A model generated the notes under the pieces. That model saw only the letters and a list, made by a program, of their open reading frames with translations, ran no database searches and was not told the origin of the DNA. This document shows positions 26,522 to 26,957 of a stretch of 26,957 nucleotides of DNA, one piece after another. The first letter of the stretch is position 1, and each line of letters starts with the position of its first letter. Location of the stretch: positions 4,074-31,030 of the forward strand of contig JAVZBY010000006.1 of NCBI GenBank assembly GCA_038874655.1, written 5' to 3'. The position numbers and the translations under genes are program-made. This DNA comes from Candidatus Woesearchaeota archaeon (GTDB lineage: Archaea > Nanobdellota > Nanobdellia > Woesearchaeales > GW2011-AR15).

Positions 26522-26637
26522 TCTATCTATAAAAATATACTTATTTAAATATCTTATTATTTTAGTATTAAATTAATAAATAAATAAGTTAGTAGATTAA
26601 ACCTTATTCTCACAAAGAACTAAAATTAAAGATAACT

Positions 26638-26645
26638 TTTATAAA
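26638..26645 (+). promoter_or_regulatory. TATA box of hypC
   Basis: TTTATAAA 22 nt before ATG 26668; no SD. Confidence 0.5.
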
Positions 26646-26667
26646 AAATTAAAATTATTATAACTAT

Positions 26668-26957
26668 ATGTGCTATGCAATACCAGCAAAAATTTTAGAG
26701 ATAAAAGGAGATGAAGCAAAAGTTGACTATGGTGGTGTTTTTAAAAAAATAAACATTTCTTTAATGCCTGATGTGAAAATTAATGATTATGTCTTAGTTC
26801 ATGCTGGATTTGCAATTGAAAAGGTTTCTGAATTAAGCGCAAAAGAAACATTAAAAATATTAGAGCAAATTGAAAAGGATAATAATATTAAAAAGAATAT
26901 TAAAAAACAACAATTAAAAAGCAACAACAATGATGCAGACCTGACGGGGGATGTCCC
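26668..26957 (+). CDS. hypC: Hydrogenase maturation chaperone HypC (no stop in window)
   Basis: Not in the ORF track. Reads MCYAIPAKILEIKGDEAKVDYGGV...DYVLVHAGFAIEK: N-terminal MCxxxP and VHAGFA motifs. Confidence 0.95.
   Translation, partial: MCYAIPAKILEIKGDEAKVDYGGVFKKINISLMPDVKINDYVLVHAGFAIEKVSELSAKETLKILEQIEKDNNIKKNIKKQQLKSNNNDADLTGDV

Noticed and set aside
21946-26660. Integrated mobile element carrying RM, hypF and TA
   Set aside because: No integrase, transposase, tRNA target or terminal repeats seen.
26929-26944. C/D-box-like AUGAUG...CUGA
   Set aside because: The C box is imperfect, there is no flanking stem, and the spacing is too short for a guide RNA.
1-26957. Alternative genetic code or Sec/Pyl readthrough
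   Set aside because: Conserved genes are full length in code 11; TGA ends rpoE1 and the MTase at plausible positions and Trp is encoded by TGG.

Overview
Very AT-rich archaeal chromosomal segment. It encodes uL1/uL10/P1, eS24, eS31, Rpo7, Spt4, a proteasome beta subunit and archaeal-order secF-secD. The gene content suggests a DPANN/Woesearchaeota-like organism (inference). Housekeeping genes are interleaved with four other blocks: (i) a six-gene MoxR-DUF58-BatA/vWA-vWA-coiled-coil-DUF4175-like membrane system split into two divergent halves about 10 kb apart; (ii) a bacterial-type block (GT-B glycosyltransferase, LemA, Zn-ribbon, TPM, RsuA-family pseudouridine synthase); (iii) a Type II-like restriction-modification pair whose methyltransferase seems to need a -1 shift at A-AAA-AAT; (iv) hypF and hypC flanking a DUF4258/DUF2283 toxin-antitoxin pair. 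Notable non-ORF or domain-level signals are a circularly permuted uL1-binding hairpin in the rpl1 leader, a PDZ-like domain inside SecD, and a GC-rich possible ncRNA start at the window end. No CRISPR array, tRNA, rRNA or transposase was seen. All family calls come from motif recognition, not database searches.
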